Notes: generated by a model not told the origin, from the sequence alone. A stretch of DNA of 64,000 bases from an uncultured bacterium (GCA_963749495.1 CAVVMW010000012.1:192001-256000); one strand, 5' to 3'. Positions 21,901-31,559 are shown, numbered from the stretch's first letter. A program made the numbers and translations.

Positions 21901-22380
21901 GGCCTGGACGAGGCCTGCCTGGCGGCCGTCAACCTCAAGTACCAGCTGGTGACCCAGGGCCGCAACCTGCGCCGCGAGGCCAATCTCCCGGCCGGCAAGA
22001 AGGTCAAATTCGTCTTCAAACCGGCGCAACCCCTCGCGCCGCAAGAGGCGGACGTGCTGAGGCTGCTGCTCAATGCCGCAGTCCTTGAAATCAACCCGGC
22101 GTATCAGCCGCCCAAGGGCACGCCCACCGTCCATTCGGACCTCGGCGACCTCTACCTGCCGCTCGAAGGGCAGGTTGATACGTCCGCCGAACAGGCCCGC
22201 CTCGCCAAGGAACTCGAAAAGTGCGAGGCCGAAATCACCAAAGCCGAGCAGAAGCTCAACAATCCGCACTTCACCGCCAAGGCCCCGGCGCACGTCCTGC
22301 AGGAACATCGCCAGCGCCTGGCCGACTGGCAGGCCAAGCGGGAGCGAGTAAAGGCCGCGCTGGAGGCACTGCGGCGGTAA
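18958..22380 (+). CDS. valS: Valine--tRNA ligase with two in-frame insertions
   Basis: PPPNVTGVLHMGH, ATTRPETMLGD, DWCISRQLWWGH, DVLDTWFSS, KMSKS and a C-terminal coiled coil. At 1140 aa it is longer than the roughly 880-950 aa typical of ValRS. Confidence 0.97.
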   Translation: MPTEISKAYEPQSVEEKWYDFWLKQNCFTADPGSPKPAYSIVIPPPNVTGVLHMGHVLNNTIQDILARKARMDGQEVLWLPGTDHAGIATQAVVEKALRKQGLMRHRDDLGREKFLEHVWAWKEKHGGIIIQQLKKLGCSCDWTRERFTMDPAYSRCVQRVFVELYRKGLIYRGKRMVNWDPAARTALSDEEVEMVEEKGHLWYLKYPLLDDKGQPKGDEFVVVATTRPETMLGDEAVAVNPADPRFTHLAGRRCLLPLQNKAIPVIADDFVDPKFGTGCVKVTPAHDPNDYAMAERHDLPLTVVIGPDGAMTPEAGEDFNGLDRMEARQAVIEELTEQGLLLKTEDYVHNVGYSQRSHVPVEPYLSEQWFLEYPSVEQATASVELGSRECKMAEVATVIGDAAVLGGESPVAHLPEEKLGIRPAPSTAANITDVPADVNPASRGIRFHPDRWAKTYAHWMENLRDWCISRQLWWGHRVPVWYNQAGWHALEKPIQMARVTGDELPGRTARELRQAAWRLAEQSGFLRQRFRNLDTGWDIYVNRRSLEHAFANEGLANIKLIPALPQLLQQAALIATEPHVPPIPQVRLVHKFLAGLQLGTRLYRVKLTVKELRDGRKLYDHQALLICEADGKSPGTHPLARKLVTRPTSASHVTLAQIAGDVNTDQTFTRCQIESPGGGWSQDPDVLDTWFSSWLWPFATMGWPEQTETLRKFYPTTDLVTAPDIIFFWVARMIMAGCEFMGDLPFRNVYFTGIIRDKLGRKMSKSLGNSPDPLELIAQYGADALRFGTMRSAPLGQDVLFDEKDVELGRNFCNKLWNACRFRQMQGGQVQGEIAPALLSGDDKWILLKLDQAIREITDAFAGYRFNEATHTLYRFFWSEYCDWYVEASKAILARPAGAAGPQPAGPGAPSTPRRANTLAVLDFVLSHTLRLLHPFLPFITEELWHGMGFHEEMPDNQGGRTIMNAPWPKPLDEDFRAHYGLDEACLAAVNLKYQLVTQGRNLRREANLPAGKKVKFVFKPAQPLAPQEADVLRLLLNAAVLEINPAYQPPKGTPTVHSDLGDLYLPLEGQVDTSAEQARLAKELEKCEAEITKAEQKLNNPHFTAKAPAHVLQEHRQRLADWQAKRERVKAALEALRR
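20167..20243 (-). ncRNA. Candidate structured antisense RNA, copy 1 (inside valS insertion 1)
   Basis: GCGGUGCUCGG-UGCAGG-CCGG-AUGCCCAACU-UCUCC(UCCG)GGAGA-UGCGCCA-CCGG-AGAUUCACCG-CCGAGCACCGC. Perfect 11-bp outer stem and a UNCG tetraloop; homologous to copy 2. Confidence 0.65.
20248..20276 (-). promoter_or_regulatory. Antisense sigma70-like promoter inside valS (TTGACA-N17-GATGTT)
   Basis: Perfect -35, 17-bp spacer and a partial -10, directly upstream of RNA copy 1. Confidence 0.55.
20839..20915 (-). ncRNA. Candidate structured antisense RNA, copy 2 (3' tail of the LPD3-like insertion)
   Basis: UGUGAGGCCGA-UGUAGG-CCGG-GUUACCAACU-UCCUC(GCAA)GGGGA-UGCGUUC-CCGG-AGAUUUACCG-UCGGCCUCGCA. GNRA tetraloop, and G-U pairs that form only on the minus strand. 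Confidence 0.65.
20920..20948 (-). promoter_or_regulatory. Antisense sigma70-like promoter inside valS (TTGACA-N17-CAAAGT)
   Basis: Perfect -35 and 17-bp spacer, at the same distance from the RNA motif as in copy 1. Confidence 0.55.
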
Positions 22381-22614
22381 GGCGGTGCAAATAAATAAAG
22401 GTAGCAACCTGCCTTGTTCTTTTGCCGCCCAGCTTCGTTGTTCACTCGTTGCAGATCACTGGATATGCGCCTCGTTCACGCCTCGCTGGGCGCCAAAATC
22501 CCGGCGGCATCTTGCCACCTTTATTTATTTCCACCGCCTAAGTCGGGGCGCATCTCACCTTTGTCGGCCCTCGGCAAGCCAGGCAATTGGAGCGCGGTGT
22601 CAGCAAGCCGCAAG

Positions 22615-22694
22615 GTTTTGGACTGCGCCAGTCCTCTGGCGCTTTCGTGTCCCCAGGGTCCGAAAAGCGGCAGAGGACTGCCGCAGTCCAAAAC
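22615..22694. repeat. REP-like doublet family A (TTTTGGACTGCGCCAGTCCTCTGGCGCTTT arms), copy 1
   Basis: Inverted arms of about 30 bp. Near-identical copies occur at 40667 and 52657. Confidence 0.85.
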
Positions 22695-22867
22695 GCTTCG
22701 CGAGATCGGACGCGTGCTCCCATCGCTCGGTTCGGCCGGGCCCAATAGAGATGATGCGCTCAAGACGGGGCGCAACGCCAAATCGGCTTTACGGAAGAAC
22801 CAGGCGCGGTTATTCTTTGGCTTGTGCGCGGAACCTCGATTTGCTCCATCCTAGGCGCGCCTATCTT

Positions 22868-24340
22868 ATGAAGCGATTGGTGTTTGGGGTCGCGTGCGCC
22901 GGGGTGTTTTCCGCCGCGCAAGGTGGGGCGCAAGGTGATACCGTGGTGCAAGTGGATCAACTCGAACTGCAAGGCCGTTTCCAGGAGGCCGCCGTGCGCG
23001 CTCAGGCGGCGTTGAAGGATGCTTCATTGCCGGCAGTGGAGCGGGGGCGCCTGGCGTTCGAGGCCGACCGGCTGGAGCGGATACGCAAGGATTTCCCTCT
23101 GACGCAACAGGCCCTCTTTGCGGCCCTGAGAGACTCGGTCAAGAACATCACTGCCGCCGAGTGCGACCGATGGGTCGAGGAAGGGCGCTTTGACAGCCGG
23201 CAGATTGACGGCGAGCGGAGGTTCATGATCTCGAGTGTGCCGAACCTGTTCTTCCGCTACCCGGAACTCAACGCCCGGCGCACGCCGCCCCGAGACACCT
23301 CCCGCGCCGAGAAGCTGCATTGGGAGACTTGCGCGGCTATCACGAAAGCCGCCCAGGCGGAGAACAGGCCCTACGTCCTGCCCAAGCGCTTTCAAGCCAC
23401 GATGACCGTCACCGCCGCCGCCAATGCCGCCCCCGCCGGCGAGGTCATCCGCGCCTGGCTCCCGGTGCCCCGCCGCTACCCCTTCCAGGTGGATTTCCAG
23501 TTGCTCTCGACCTCCCCGGCCCCCAAGCAGCTCGTCGACGAACAGACTCCCATCCGCTCGATCTACCTCGAACAGCCGGCCCTCAAAGACGAGCCGGCCA
23601 GGTTCTCGGTCGGATACGCCTACACCATGTACGGCGTCTGGTTCGACCTGAAACCGGCGGAGGTCCGCCCCTGCGATGCGGACGATCCGGCGCTCAAAAG
23701 TTACCTGGCTCAAGGACCGCACGTGGTCTTCACCCCGGAGATTCGCGCCCTCTCGCGCCAGATTGTCGCCGATGAGACCAACCCGTACTGGAAGGCCAGG
23801 AGATGCTATGACTGGATAGCCGAGCACATCAAATACAGTTACGCCATCGAATACTCGACCATTCGGAACATCAGCGACTACTGCCTGCGCAAAGGTTACG
23901 GGGACTGCGGCCAGGAGGCGCTCCTGTTCATCACCCTCTGCCGCCTCAACGGCATTCCCGCCCGCTGGCAATCCGGCTGGAACACCTTTGCCGGCGAGAA
24001 GACCATCCACGATTGGACGGAAATCTATCTGGCGCCCTACGGCTGGGTGCCCGTGGACCCCTACATGGCAATCTATGCCACGCGCTACGCCACCTCGCTC
24101 GCCCCGGAACAGCGCCGCGACATCCGCGATTTCTATTTCGGCGGCCTCGACCAATACCGCATGGCTTCAAACAGCGACCACTCCCAAACCCTCACGCCGC
24201 CCAAAAGATCCCTGCGCTCGGACAACGTCAATTTCCAGCGCGGCGAACTCGAATGGGACGGGCACAACCTCTACTTCGACCAATTCTCCTACGGCCTGGC
24301 GCTCGAGGAAATCAAGCTGCCGCCTCCGCGCAATGAGTGA
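22868..24340 (+). CDS. Transglutaminase-like domain protein (secreted)
   Basis: Signal peptide, GDCGQEALLFITLCRLNGIPARWQSG, HDWTEIY and GWVPVD (Cys-His-Asp triad). Confidence 0.88.
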   Translation: MKRLVFGVACAGVFSAAQGGAQGDTVVQVDQLELQGRFQEAAVRAQAALKDASLPAVERGRLAFEADRLERIRKDFPLTQQALFAALRDSVKNITAAECDRWVEEGRFDSRQIDGERRFMISSVPNLFFRYPELNARRTPPRDTSRAEKLHWETCAAITKAAQAENRPYVLPKRFQATMTVTAAANAAPAGEVIRAWLPVPRRYPFQVDFQLLSTSPAPKQLVDEQTPIRSIYLEQPALKDEPARFSVGYAYTMYGVWFDLKPAEVRPCDADDPALKSYLAQGPHVVFTPEIRALSRQIVADETNPYWKARRCYDWIAEHIKYSYAIEYSTIRNISDYCLRKGYGDCGQEALLFITLCRLNGIPARWQSGWNTFAGEKTIHDWTEIYLAPYGWVPVDPYMAIYATRYATSLAPEQRRDIRDFYFGGLDQYRMASNSDHSQTLTPPKRSLRSDNVNFQRGELEWDGHNLYFDQFSYGLALEEIKLPPPRNE

Positions 24341-24342
24341 AG

Positions 24343-24444
24343 GGAGTGCGGAATGCGGAGTGCGGAGCGCGGAGTGCGGAACCCTTCGGAGCAGGGCGGT
24401 TTGCGTGCGCGGGATGGAATGACGAATGACGAATGACGAATGAC
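24343..24444. repeat. Heptamer arrays (GAGTGCG)n and (GAATGAC)x4
   Basis: Same two units, in the same order, as at 11882-11979. Confidence 0.85.
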
Positions 24445-25245
24445 GCATCAATCAGCCTCAAGGCGGCTCAAGCCGCGGCCGCTGACGCGGCGCGAGTGGT
24501 GGGCGCCTTGCTCCGGCGCAATCTGCACGCCAAGAAACGGGCCAACCTGGTCACCCAGCACGACATCAAGCTGGAGATGGACGTGCGCTGCCAGAAGCTG
24601 ATCGAGCGGGCCCTGCGCCGCGCATTCCCAGGCGTGGCCTTGTTGGGCGAGGAGGGAGTGGCCGGCGCGGCGGACGCGGTTTGGCGCTGGGTCGTGGACC
24701 CGATCGATGGGACCGTCAACTTCGCCTATGGGATTCCGCACGCCTGTGTCTCGATCGCCTTGCAGCAGCGGAGCCGGCACCCCGATGTTTCCACTTACCA
24801 AGACGGCTACCAAACGCTGATGGGCGTCGTGTACGACCCCTTCTGCGACGAGTTGTGGACGGCGTCGCGCGGGCAACCGGCGCGGTTGAACGGCCGGCTC
24901 ATTCGAGTCAGCACCCGGCGCAGGCTCGAGGAGGCCATTATCTCGATCGGCTTCGCCAAGAGCCGGGAGAACCTCGATGCCACCTTCCCGTACTTCGTGG
25001 AGTTGATTCACCGCGTGCGCAAGTTGCGCGTGATGGGCTCGGCCGCCCTGGCCTTGACCTATGTCGCTACCGGCCGCTTCGATGCCTACATCGAGCGGGG
25101 CATCCGGCTCTGGGACATCGCGGCCGGCGGATTCATCGTCGAGCAGGCCGGCGGCTGCTTCTGGCGTGAGGCCACGGCAGACGATGCCTTCCGGATGATC
25201 GCCAGCAACGTGCCGCTGCGCCGCCAACTCCGCGTGCCGGGTTGA
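24433..25245 (+). CDS. Inositol monophosphatase family protein (SuhB-like)
   Basis: LGEE, WVVDPIDGTVNF, GSAAL and WDIAAG. Confidence 0.92.
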   Translation: MTNDASISLKAAQAAAADAARVVGALLRRNLHAKKRANLVTQHDIKLEMDVRCQKLIERALRRAFPGVALLGEEGVAGAADAVWRWVVDPIDGTVNFAYGIPHACVSIALQQRSRHPDVSTYQDGYQTLMGVVYDPFCDELWTASRGQPARLNGRLIRVSTRRRLEEAIISIGFAKSRENLDATFPYFVELIHRVRKLRVMGSAALALTYVATGRFDAYIERGIRLWDIAAGGFIVEQAGGCFWREATADDAFRMIASNVPLRRQLRVPG

Positions 25246-25289
25246 GTGCCGCCAGACCCGTCAGACTCGGCTTGCTGGCTCGTCCCTCG

Positions 25290-27098
25290 TCACCTGGCAT
25301 CCCCGGCCTGGCCGAGGAGGTGGCCATATTCCTGGAGGGCGGCGGGTTCGCCGAAGCGTTTCACGTAATCGGCATCGATCCAGACCGCGAACGTGGTGAC
25401 GCGGCAAATCCCGAGCTGCGAATAGGTCCGGGCGTCCGCCGCCAGCACGTCGGGCCGCCAGGGCAACTGGACGGCCGGGCGCTGCCAGTGCGAAAAACGC
25501 GAGACATCCAGCCAATATTCAAGCACCTGGGCCGTCGGGGCCGGGAACACACGCAGGTTCTCCTCGAGCAGCTTCAGGGAGTCTTTGGCATCGGCGCCGG
25601 TCTGCTGCGCGTAAGGCAGGTCATAACGGCGCCCGATGGGCGCAAACTCCAGGAACACTCCCGGCTCTGGTTTCACGCGCCGGGGCGCCGGCAGAGTGTT
25701 GGCATACGCCAGGTGCGCGACCTGGGCCGACGGGTCAAGGGCGCGCAACTCGCGGGCCAGCCGGTTCTCCAGGAGCAGGGCCTGGTCCGAGTCCGACAAC
25801 TCGCGGCAGTGCGGGCAGCGGCACCAGGGCTGGCCGTCGTCGCCCCAGAAAAAGTAGCGGCCCGTCGTCGGCGGCAGCAGGCGGGCCAGGCGCAGGGCAT
25901 TGGAGACGACGAGGTCCAGGGCGCCCGGGGAGTGTACGCACAGGTTGGCATCCGGAGTGCGTTGGCCGGCCTTGTTCATGCGGAAGAGGTGGGGCTGGGC
26001 GGCGAACCGGGAGCGGGGCAGCAGTTCCCGCATCGCGTGCAGCTCATACTCGACGTGCAGGCCCAGGCGGGCGCACGACCCAAGGAACTCGAGCCCTGCC
26101 TCGGAGTGGACGAATCGGGCCACAGTTGCCGGCGAAGCGCCGTGGTGCAGGGCGATCGTCGTCAGCCCGGCCCTGGCCGCGCGGCCCGGCCAATCCGCCC
26201 AGGACAGATCCTCTGGCACGAGCACCACCCCGCGCGCGACAAAAGCCCCTTTGGAAGCGGGCGCCATCGCGGGCACGCGCCATTCTGCGAAAGCCGATGG
26301 GACATGAAAATCAGGTTTGGCGGCGGCCGGCTTGACCCAACTCAGCCAATTGTCGTCCGCGTCCCCTGTGGCACCCTGGCGGAAATCGGCACGGAACAGG
26401 CCCACGCGCAAAATCGAGCCTGGCCGAACCGGGCGCCCCATCATCCTCGAGAGCGTCTCCAGGGGAATCGAGGCCTCCACCGTGTAGCCTCCGGGACGAA
26501 GCCGGCCCTCGGCGCGGAGCCCGGCGCAGTCCCAGGCGCTGTCGAATTTGCGGTAATGGCTGGCCGCGTAATCATGCACCCGGCCCAGCGGATCGATCTC
26601 GATGCAAAAATAGCGTTCCAACGCACCGTCCCGGGCAAAAAAGATCTCGACCCGATCCTCGTGGTCGAGCGTGGACTCTCCGGCGAACTCCTTGGCCACC
26701 ACAATGTCGTTATCGCTTGCCTCGAACGCAAAGTAGAGCCGCTCCGAATCGGCCAGGGCCCGAAACTCCGTGGCCGGCGCGCGATTCGACGACCAGGGAT
26801 ATGAAAAACCGGTCACGGCCGCCGCCTGGCTCCAGGCCGGCTGAGTCAGTTGGCCATCGATGTGAATCGGGAGACGCGCCCGGGCCCGCCCAACCGGGTT
26901 TGTTGCTTCTGCTGCCGCCGGCGCCTCGTCCTGCCCGTTGGCGCCCGGCACCCACGCCGGCCCAAGGACCTGGCCAAAAATCAAGGCTGCGGCAGGCGCA
27001 CATTTCCAAAGACGTGAGACCCGACGACGTGTCCCGGGGATGAACGCCGGGTTCAAAACCGGAGGGTCAGTCGAGTTTTGAACATTTGAGTTTCGCAA
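25290..27098 (-). CDS. Secreted protein with a CBM9-like sugar-binding domain and a DUF4838-like domain
   Basis: IDGQL...W, LYFAFE, DRVEIF, YTVEASIP (CBM9-like); then NLCVHS, DDGQPWCRCPHC and HLAYANT. The start position is uncertain. Confidence 0.7.
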   Translation of the reverse strand: MRNSNVQNSTDPPVLNPAFIPGTRRRVSRLWKCAPAAALIFGQVLGPAWVPGANGQDEAPAAAEATNPVGRARARLPIHIDGQLTQPAWSQAAAVTGFSYPWSSNRAPATEFRALADSERLYFAFEASDNDIVVAKEFAGESTLDHEDRVEIFFARDGALERYFCIEIDPLGRVHDYAASHYRKFDSAWDCAGLRAEGRLRPGGYTVEASIPLETLSRMMGRPVRPGSILRVGLFRADFRQGATGDADDNWLSWVKPAAAKPDFHVPSAFAEWRVPAMAPASKGAFVARGVVLVPEDLSWADWPGRAARAGLTTIALHHGASPATVARFVHSEAGLEFLGSCARLGLHVEYELHAMRELLPRSRFAAQPHLFRMNKAGQRTPDANLCVHSPGALDLVVSNALRLARLLPPTTGRYFFWGDDGQPWCRCPHCRELSDSDQALLLENRLARELRALDPSAQVAHLAYANTLPAPRRVKPEPGVFLEFAPIGRRYDLPYAQQTGADAKDSLKLLEENLRVFPAPTAQVLEYWLDVSRFSHWQRPAVQLPWRPDVLAADARTYSQLGICRVTTFAVWIDADYVKRFGEPAALQEYGHLLGQAGDAR

Positions 27099-27108
27099 TT
27101 TGAATTTG

Positions 27109-27139
27109 TTTCGGATTTCGGATTTCGGATTTCGGATTT
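27109..27139. repeat. (TTTCGGA)x4 heptamer tandem repeat
   Basis: Directly visible, abutting the stop codon of the DUF1080-like gene. Confidence 0.8.
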
Positions 27140-28202
27140 TTAGTCCACCAGGTCCTTGATCGAAAGGACTCGGGCCTGGATGGAGCGGACGATTGGGAGG
27201 GCACGGGCGACGGCATTCTGCTCGGTCTGGCCCGGGAAGGTCTTCATGATGACCTTGGCGGCGGCGATGACCTCGCCGTTGCGGTCGCGCAGCGGCATGG
27301 TGACGGAGACCGACCCTTTGTCAGTGCCATAATAGACCTGGGCTTGAGTGATGACGGCCAGCTCGGCCTTGCCGCCGGGGCGGCCGAGTTCGGCCGGGTC
27401 TTTGCTCGCCACCAGCCGTGTGGTTTGAGGGTCGTTGCCCAGCACGAACAATTTGAGGCCCAGCAGCTTCGAGTACGTCCTGACGGTGTCCCGCACCACC
27501 CCCTGGGCGGGATCTTCGATCGGTTTATAGACGATCTTCGCATCGGCGAAATAGCTGACCGAATCGGATTTGGTCCAAAAGCCGATTTTGCCCTTGGCGA
27601 AGTTGTCCTGCGCCATGCGCGCGATGATGGGCTGGCCGTCCAGGGAGCAGGTCACCAGGCTGCCCCGGCACTCGACCGCCAGCTCGTGCCATTGGCCTTT
27701 GCTGATAGCGAGCTTCGAGCCGATCGGACCGATGAGTTCGCCGTTGACGAATTTGAAAAAGTAGAACGTCCCGCCCAGGCCGCTGGCGCGCGCGTAATAA
27801 TAATTCTTCTCGTCCTGGATGCGAAAGGCCAGGCCCGCCATCTGCTCGGCCTCCCCGCCCATCAGCTTGAACCGCGCCGTGAAGGTGAAGTCGGCGAACA
27901 CCCCGCCCTCGTACACCAGCAGCGGGTAATGCTCGTCAGTGCGGTCCTGCGACACTTGGGCCAGCACCGCCTGCTTGCTCACGCGCGGGGCCTGGTTGGT
28001 GTCCCACGGTTCCATCAGTGACGGCACATCGTCCAGGAGCATCTTCCATTGGCCCGGCTTGCCCTGGCCGGTGACGGTACCTGCGAAAGTCCGGCGGGAG
28101 CTGGCCCTCGCGGACCTCCCCGAAATCGAACTTGCGTTCCGCCGCCGCCGCCGGCAGGACCAGCAGCAGCACTAGGCCTGGCCAGAAGACTCGGTTGCGC
28201 AT
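27140..28202 (-). CDS. Secreted DUF1080 / 3-keto-glycoside hydrolase-like jelly-roll protein (frameshift near 28070)
   Basis: Signal peptide in ORF 27936..28202. The body has AGLAFRIQDEKNYY, WHELAVE and GKIGFWTKSDSV. Confidence 0.7.
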
Positions 28203-28345
28203 GGGAGTGAGATTACCAGAAGCATTGCGCGTTCAAAGCGTGAAAGCTTCAAAGTGGCAAATGGGGGAACGCGCCGGCGCTCCGGCGCCTCCAAAAGCCG
28301 CTTGACAGCGGGAGCGCCAGTCTGGAAGGTTCAAAGAAAAGCGCT

Positions 28346-28549
28346 GTGAATGCGATTAAATACGAAGATCCGGGGGCAGCAGGATATATAGGAAGTGAGT
28401 ACCGCCACACCAGGTCAGGTTTCTGTGGCGAGGTGGTCAGCGCACAGGAGCTGGTTCCGTGGCTCCCCGAGACGGTCCTTCTCACGCTGCAGAGCACCAG
28501 CGGAGAGCAGAAAGCGTTTCCGCGGAGCGAGTTGGAGCAAGTCGAGTGA
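28346..28549 (+). CDS. Small hypothetical protein
   Basis: 67-aa ORF in an otherwise intergenic gap; no recognised motif. Confidence 0.35.
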   Translation: MNAIKYEDPGAAGYIGSEYRHTRSGFCGEVVSAQELVPWLPETVLLTLQSTSGEQKAFPRSELEQVE

Positions 28550-28633
28550 GGCCGGACCCGATCGAGTGAAGGTTCGGGCGTGCTCCGAACACCCGACGAT
28601 GCCGCCACGCCCATCGACGCGCTACCCGCTCCT

Positions 28634-29023
28634 TCAGCGAGCCCAGCAAAGGCGAAGTTCACGCTCTGCACGGGGCAGCCACGCGGACAAGCCGATGTGC
28701 ATGACTTTGATAACCGCGCCCATCCGTTTTGCCTGTGTGTCGAACTCCGGTAGGCGGAGAAGGCAGCGTGTGAAGTGCGCCGCCTCGTACTGCCCGACTG
28801 CCAGCACAACTACACAGTACCGTGGGTGGCACAAAGAGCGGTCATACAGCCCGAGATCCCGCGTGAAAAGCGTCGGGCGGCGCAGCGTCACCAGGAAGGC
28901 AATCACCTCCTCGTCCTGCATGCCCTTGCAACCGAGTTCGTGGCCGATTTGCCGAACGGGAATGCGCCAACCCCTCAGCAATTGCCGCTGGCTTTCCAGG
29001 ATGTTCTCATCCAGGACATTCAC
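28634..29023 (-). CDS. PIN-like putative toxin (DUF5615-like)
   Basis: MNVLDENI...DEEVI...LFTRDLG, overlapping the DUF433 gene by 4 bp. Confidence 0.75.
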   Translation of the reverse strand: MNVLDENILESQRQLLRGWRIPVRQIGHELGCKGMQDEEVIAFLVTLRRPTLFTRDLGLYDRSLCHPRYCVVVLAVGQYEAAHFTRCLLRLPEFDTQAKRMGAVIKVMHIGLSAWLPRAERELRLCWAR

Positions 29024-29274
29024 GCTGGGGCGGGGTCCAGGGCCAGCTCATGGGCATGTTGGCGAAAGGTCTCGCGCGCTGCCCGCACCGCTTCGGCAAT
29101 GGCCTCCTGGCTGATGCTGCCCCTCCATTCCCCCACAATGCTTTCCCAAGCCATGCCGCTGGCGACCTGCTCCAGCACGTCCGCCACGAGAATCCGTGTC
29201 CCCCGAAATGTCGGTTGACCGTGGCAGATCTTCGGATCTCTCACGATATAACGCCCTACCAACTGCTTCTTCAT
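29020..29274 (-). CDS. DUF433 family antitoxin
   Basis: IVRDPKICHGQPTFRGTRILVADVLE. Confidence 0.9.
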   Translation of the reverse strand: MKKQLVGRYIVRDPKICHGQPTFRGTRILVADVLEQVASGMAWESIVGEWRGSISQEAIAEAVRAARETFRQHAHELALDPAPA

Positions 29275-29346
29275 GGCCTTAACCAGTACCCCTTTTCGCT
29301 CGGCCGGTCAATGCTCGGGACGGCTCTGACCGGCGCCGAGTCAGCC

Positions 29347-31211
29347 TCACGCCTTCCAGATCATGTCCGCCACGCTCCGGCCGGCGGGGATGAAGGGCAG
29401 GACGTGCTCGGTGTAGGGGACGATGATGTCGAGGATGTAGGGTTCGTCGGCATCGAGCATGCGCTGGAGGGCGGGGCGGAGGTCTTTGCGGTACATGACG
29501 CGTTCGGCGCGGACGTTGAAGCTGGCGCACATGGCGACGTAATCGGGATAGATCTGCTGGCGGTTGTCCGGGTCGCCCAGGTAGGTGTGGCCGCGGTTGC
29601 CGGCGTAGAAGCGGTCTTCCCACTGCATGACCATGCCCAGGTGCTGGTTGTTGAGGATGAGGGCCTTGGCGGCGATCTTCTCGATGTGGGCGGTGGCCAG
29701 CTCCTGCACGTTCATCAGGAAGGAGCCGTCGCCGTCGATGTCCACCACCTGCCGGTTGGGGAAGGCGACCTTGGCGCCGAGGGCGGCGGGGTAGCCGTAG
29801 CCCATGGCGCCCAAGCCGGCGCTGGTGAGGAGTTGGCGCGGGTATTTGAACTTGTAGAACTGGGCGCTCCACATCTGGTGCTGGCCGACCCCGGTGGTGA
29901 TAATGGCCTCGCCATGGCTCAGCTCGTAAAGCATCTCGATGGCCATCTGGGGGAGGATGACGTTGTTTTCCCTGCCTTTGAGGTGGTCGCGCATGTGCTG
30001 GGACTTGAGCACTTCCTCGGTCACGATATAGCCAAAGGGCGCCTTGGCCTTCCAGGCGGCAATCTGCTGGTGCCAGGCGGTGAACTTCTTCTGGAGCGGC
30101 CTCTCGGCCACCATCTGGCTCAGCCGCCCCAGGGCGTACTTCACGTCGCTGACGATGGGCAGGTTGACGGTCTTGTTCTTGTTGATCTCGGAGGCATCGA
30201 TGTCCAGGTTAGAACGGTGCCGCCTTCGCAGAACTTATTGACCCTGCCGGTGACGCGGTCGTCGAACCGGACGCCGAAGGCCAGGAGGAGGTCCGTGCCG
30301 GAGGCGACCTTTATGGAGGGGTCGGCCGGGTTCTTGCGCGGCTCGAACTCGCCGTTGACGGCCCAGTTTGCGAAGGCGGCCCCGTGCATGCCCAGCCAGC
30401 GCAACGAGAGGGGATGGTCCTCGGGAAAGGCGCCGCAACCCATGAGGGTGGTGGTGACGGGGATGCCGGTTGCCTGGGCGAAGCGGCGCAGTTCCTGGCT
30501 GGCGTTGCCGGTGATGATGCCGCCGCCGACGTAGAAGACGGGCCGCTCGGATTTTTCAATGAGCCCAATGATCTCATTGAGCTGGAGGTCGCTGGCCCGC
30601 TGGTCCGGGTGATAGCCCCGGACGCGGACGGCCTTGGGAAAGACCGGCTGGGTGCGGGCTTGCTGGACGTTTTTGGGCACGTTGATGAGCACCGGGCCGG
30701 GCCGCCCGGTGTGGGCGATATGGAAGGCCTCGCGGACGATGCGGGGGATGTCGTTGACGTTGGTGACCAAGTAGCTGTGTTTGACCACCGGGAGGGTCAT
30801 GCCGTAAATGTCGGTCTCCTGGAAGGCGCCCTTGCCGATCATGGACTGGGGCACCTGCCCGGTAATGGCCACGAGCGGGACCGAATCCATGTAGGCATCG
30901 GCGATGCCGGTGACCAGGTTGGTGGCGCCGGGACCGCTGGTCGCCATGCAGACGCCCACGCGTCCGCTGGCGCGGGCATAGCCGTCGGCAGCAAAGGCCC
31001 CGCCCTGTTCGTGCCGGGGCAGCACCGTCCGAATCTTCGAGCGGGTCAGGGCCTGGTGGATTTCCATGCTGGCGCCGCCCGGGTAGGCGAAGATGGTCTC
31101 CACCCCTTCGCGTTCGAGGCAGGCCACCAGGATTTCGCTGCCGGACATGGTGGAGCCCAGTTCCACATCCCTGTCGGCAGCCTTCTTGGCCATTTCAGTT
31201 GTCTTGCTCAT
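29347..31211 (-). CDS. ilvB: Acetolactate synthase large subunit (frameshift near 30210)
   Basis: [27 protein letters not shown]; second frame has [15 protein letters not shown] and GDGSF...NN. Confidence 0.92.
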
Positions 31212-31249
31212 ACTGTTCTTGCGCTTGTGACTGGCAGCCGCAGGCGCAC

Positions 31250-31282
31250 AAAAAACCCACGACCGTTTTCCAGCCGTGGGTT
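31250..31282 (-). terminator. Attenuator terminator upstream of ilvB
   Basis: AACCCACGGCTGGAAAACGGTCGTGGGTTTTTT, a hairpin followed by a U-tract. Confidence 0.75.
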
Positions 31283-31298
31283 CTTGCCGAAACTCAAT

Positions 31299-31376
31299 TC
31301 ACCTTCGACAAGCGCCTACGGCGTCGTTACTTACGACGACCAGCAGCAGGCCGACTTGTCGAATGCTCGCTAACAT
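31299..31376 (-). CDS. ilvB leader peptide MLASIRQVGLLLVVVSNDAVGACRR
   Basis: 25-aa ORF with a run of Leu/Val codons plus Ile, directly before the terminator. Confidence 0.7.
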   Translation of the reverse strand: MLASIRQVGLLLVVVSNDAVGACRR

Positions 31377-31463
31377 TGCGGCTGAAGTTAGGGAACTGCC
31401 CGGAGCAAGTCAAGCATGGATTATAGAAAGAATTACAGGCGGGCGCAGGACAGAATGGTGCGC

Positions 31464-31517
31464 TGCCGCCTGAAGGCGGCGTTCCGCACCCAGCCGGAAC
31501 GCCGCCTTTAGGCGGCA
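31464..31517. repeat. REP-like inverted pair (GCCGCCTGAAGGCGGCGTTCCG / CGGAACGCCGCCTTTAGGCGGC)
   Basis: Two hairpins in inverted orientation. Confidence 0.75.
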
Positions 31518-31559
31518 GGATGGGCGCTCGAGCAAACCGGTCGTGCGCCGCCTACAGGC

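Noticed and set aside
23733..23746. CCGGAGATT match to the valS RNA motif
   Set aside because: Only a 9-nt chance match inside a coding region; the flanking stems and promoter are absent.
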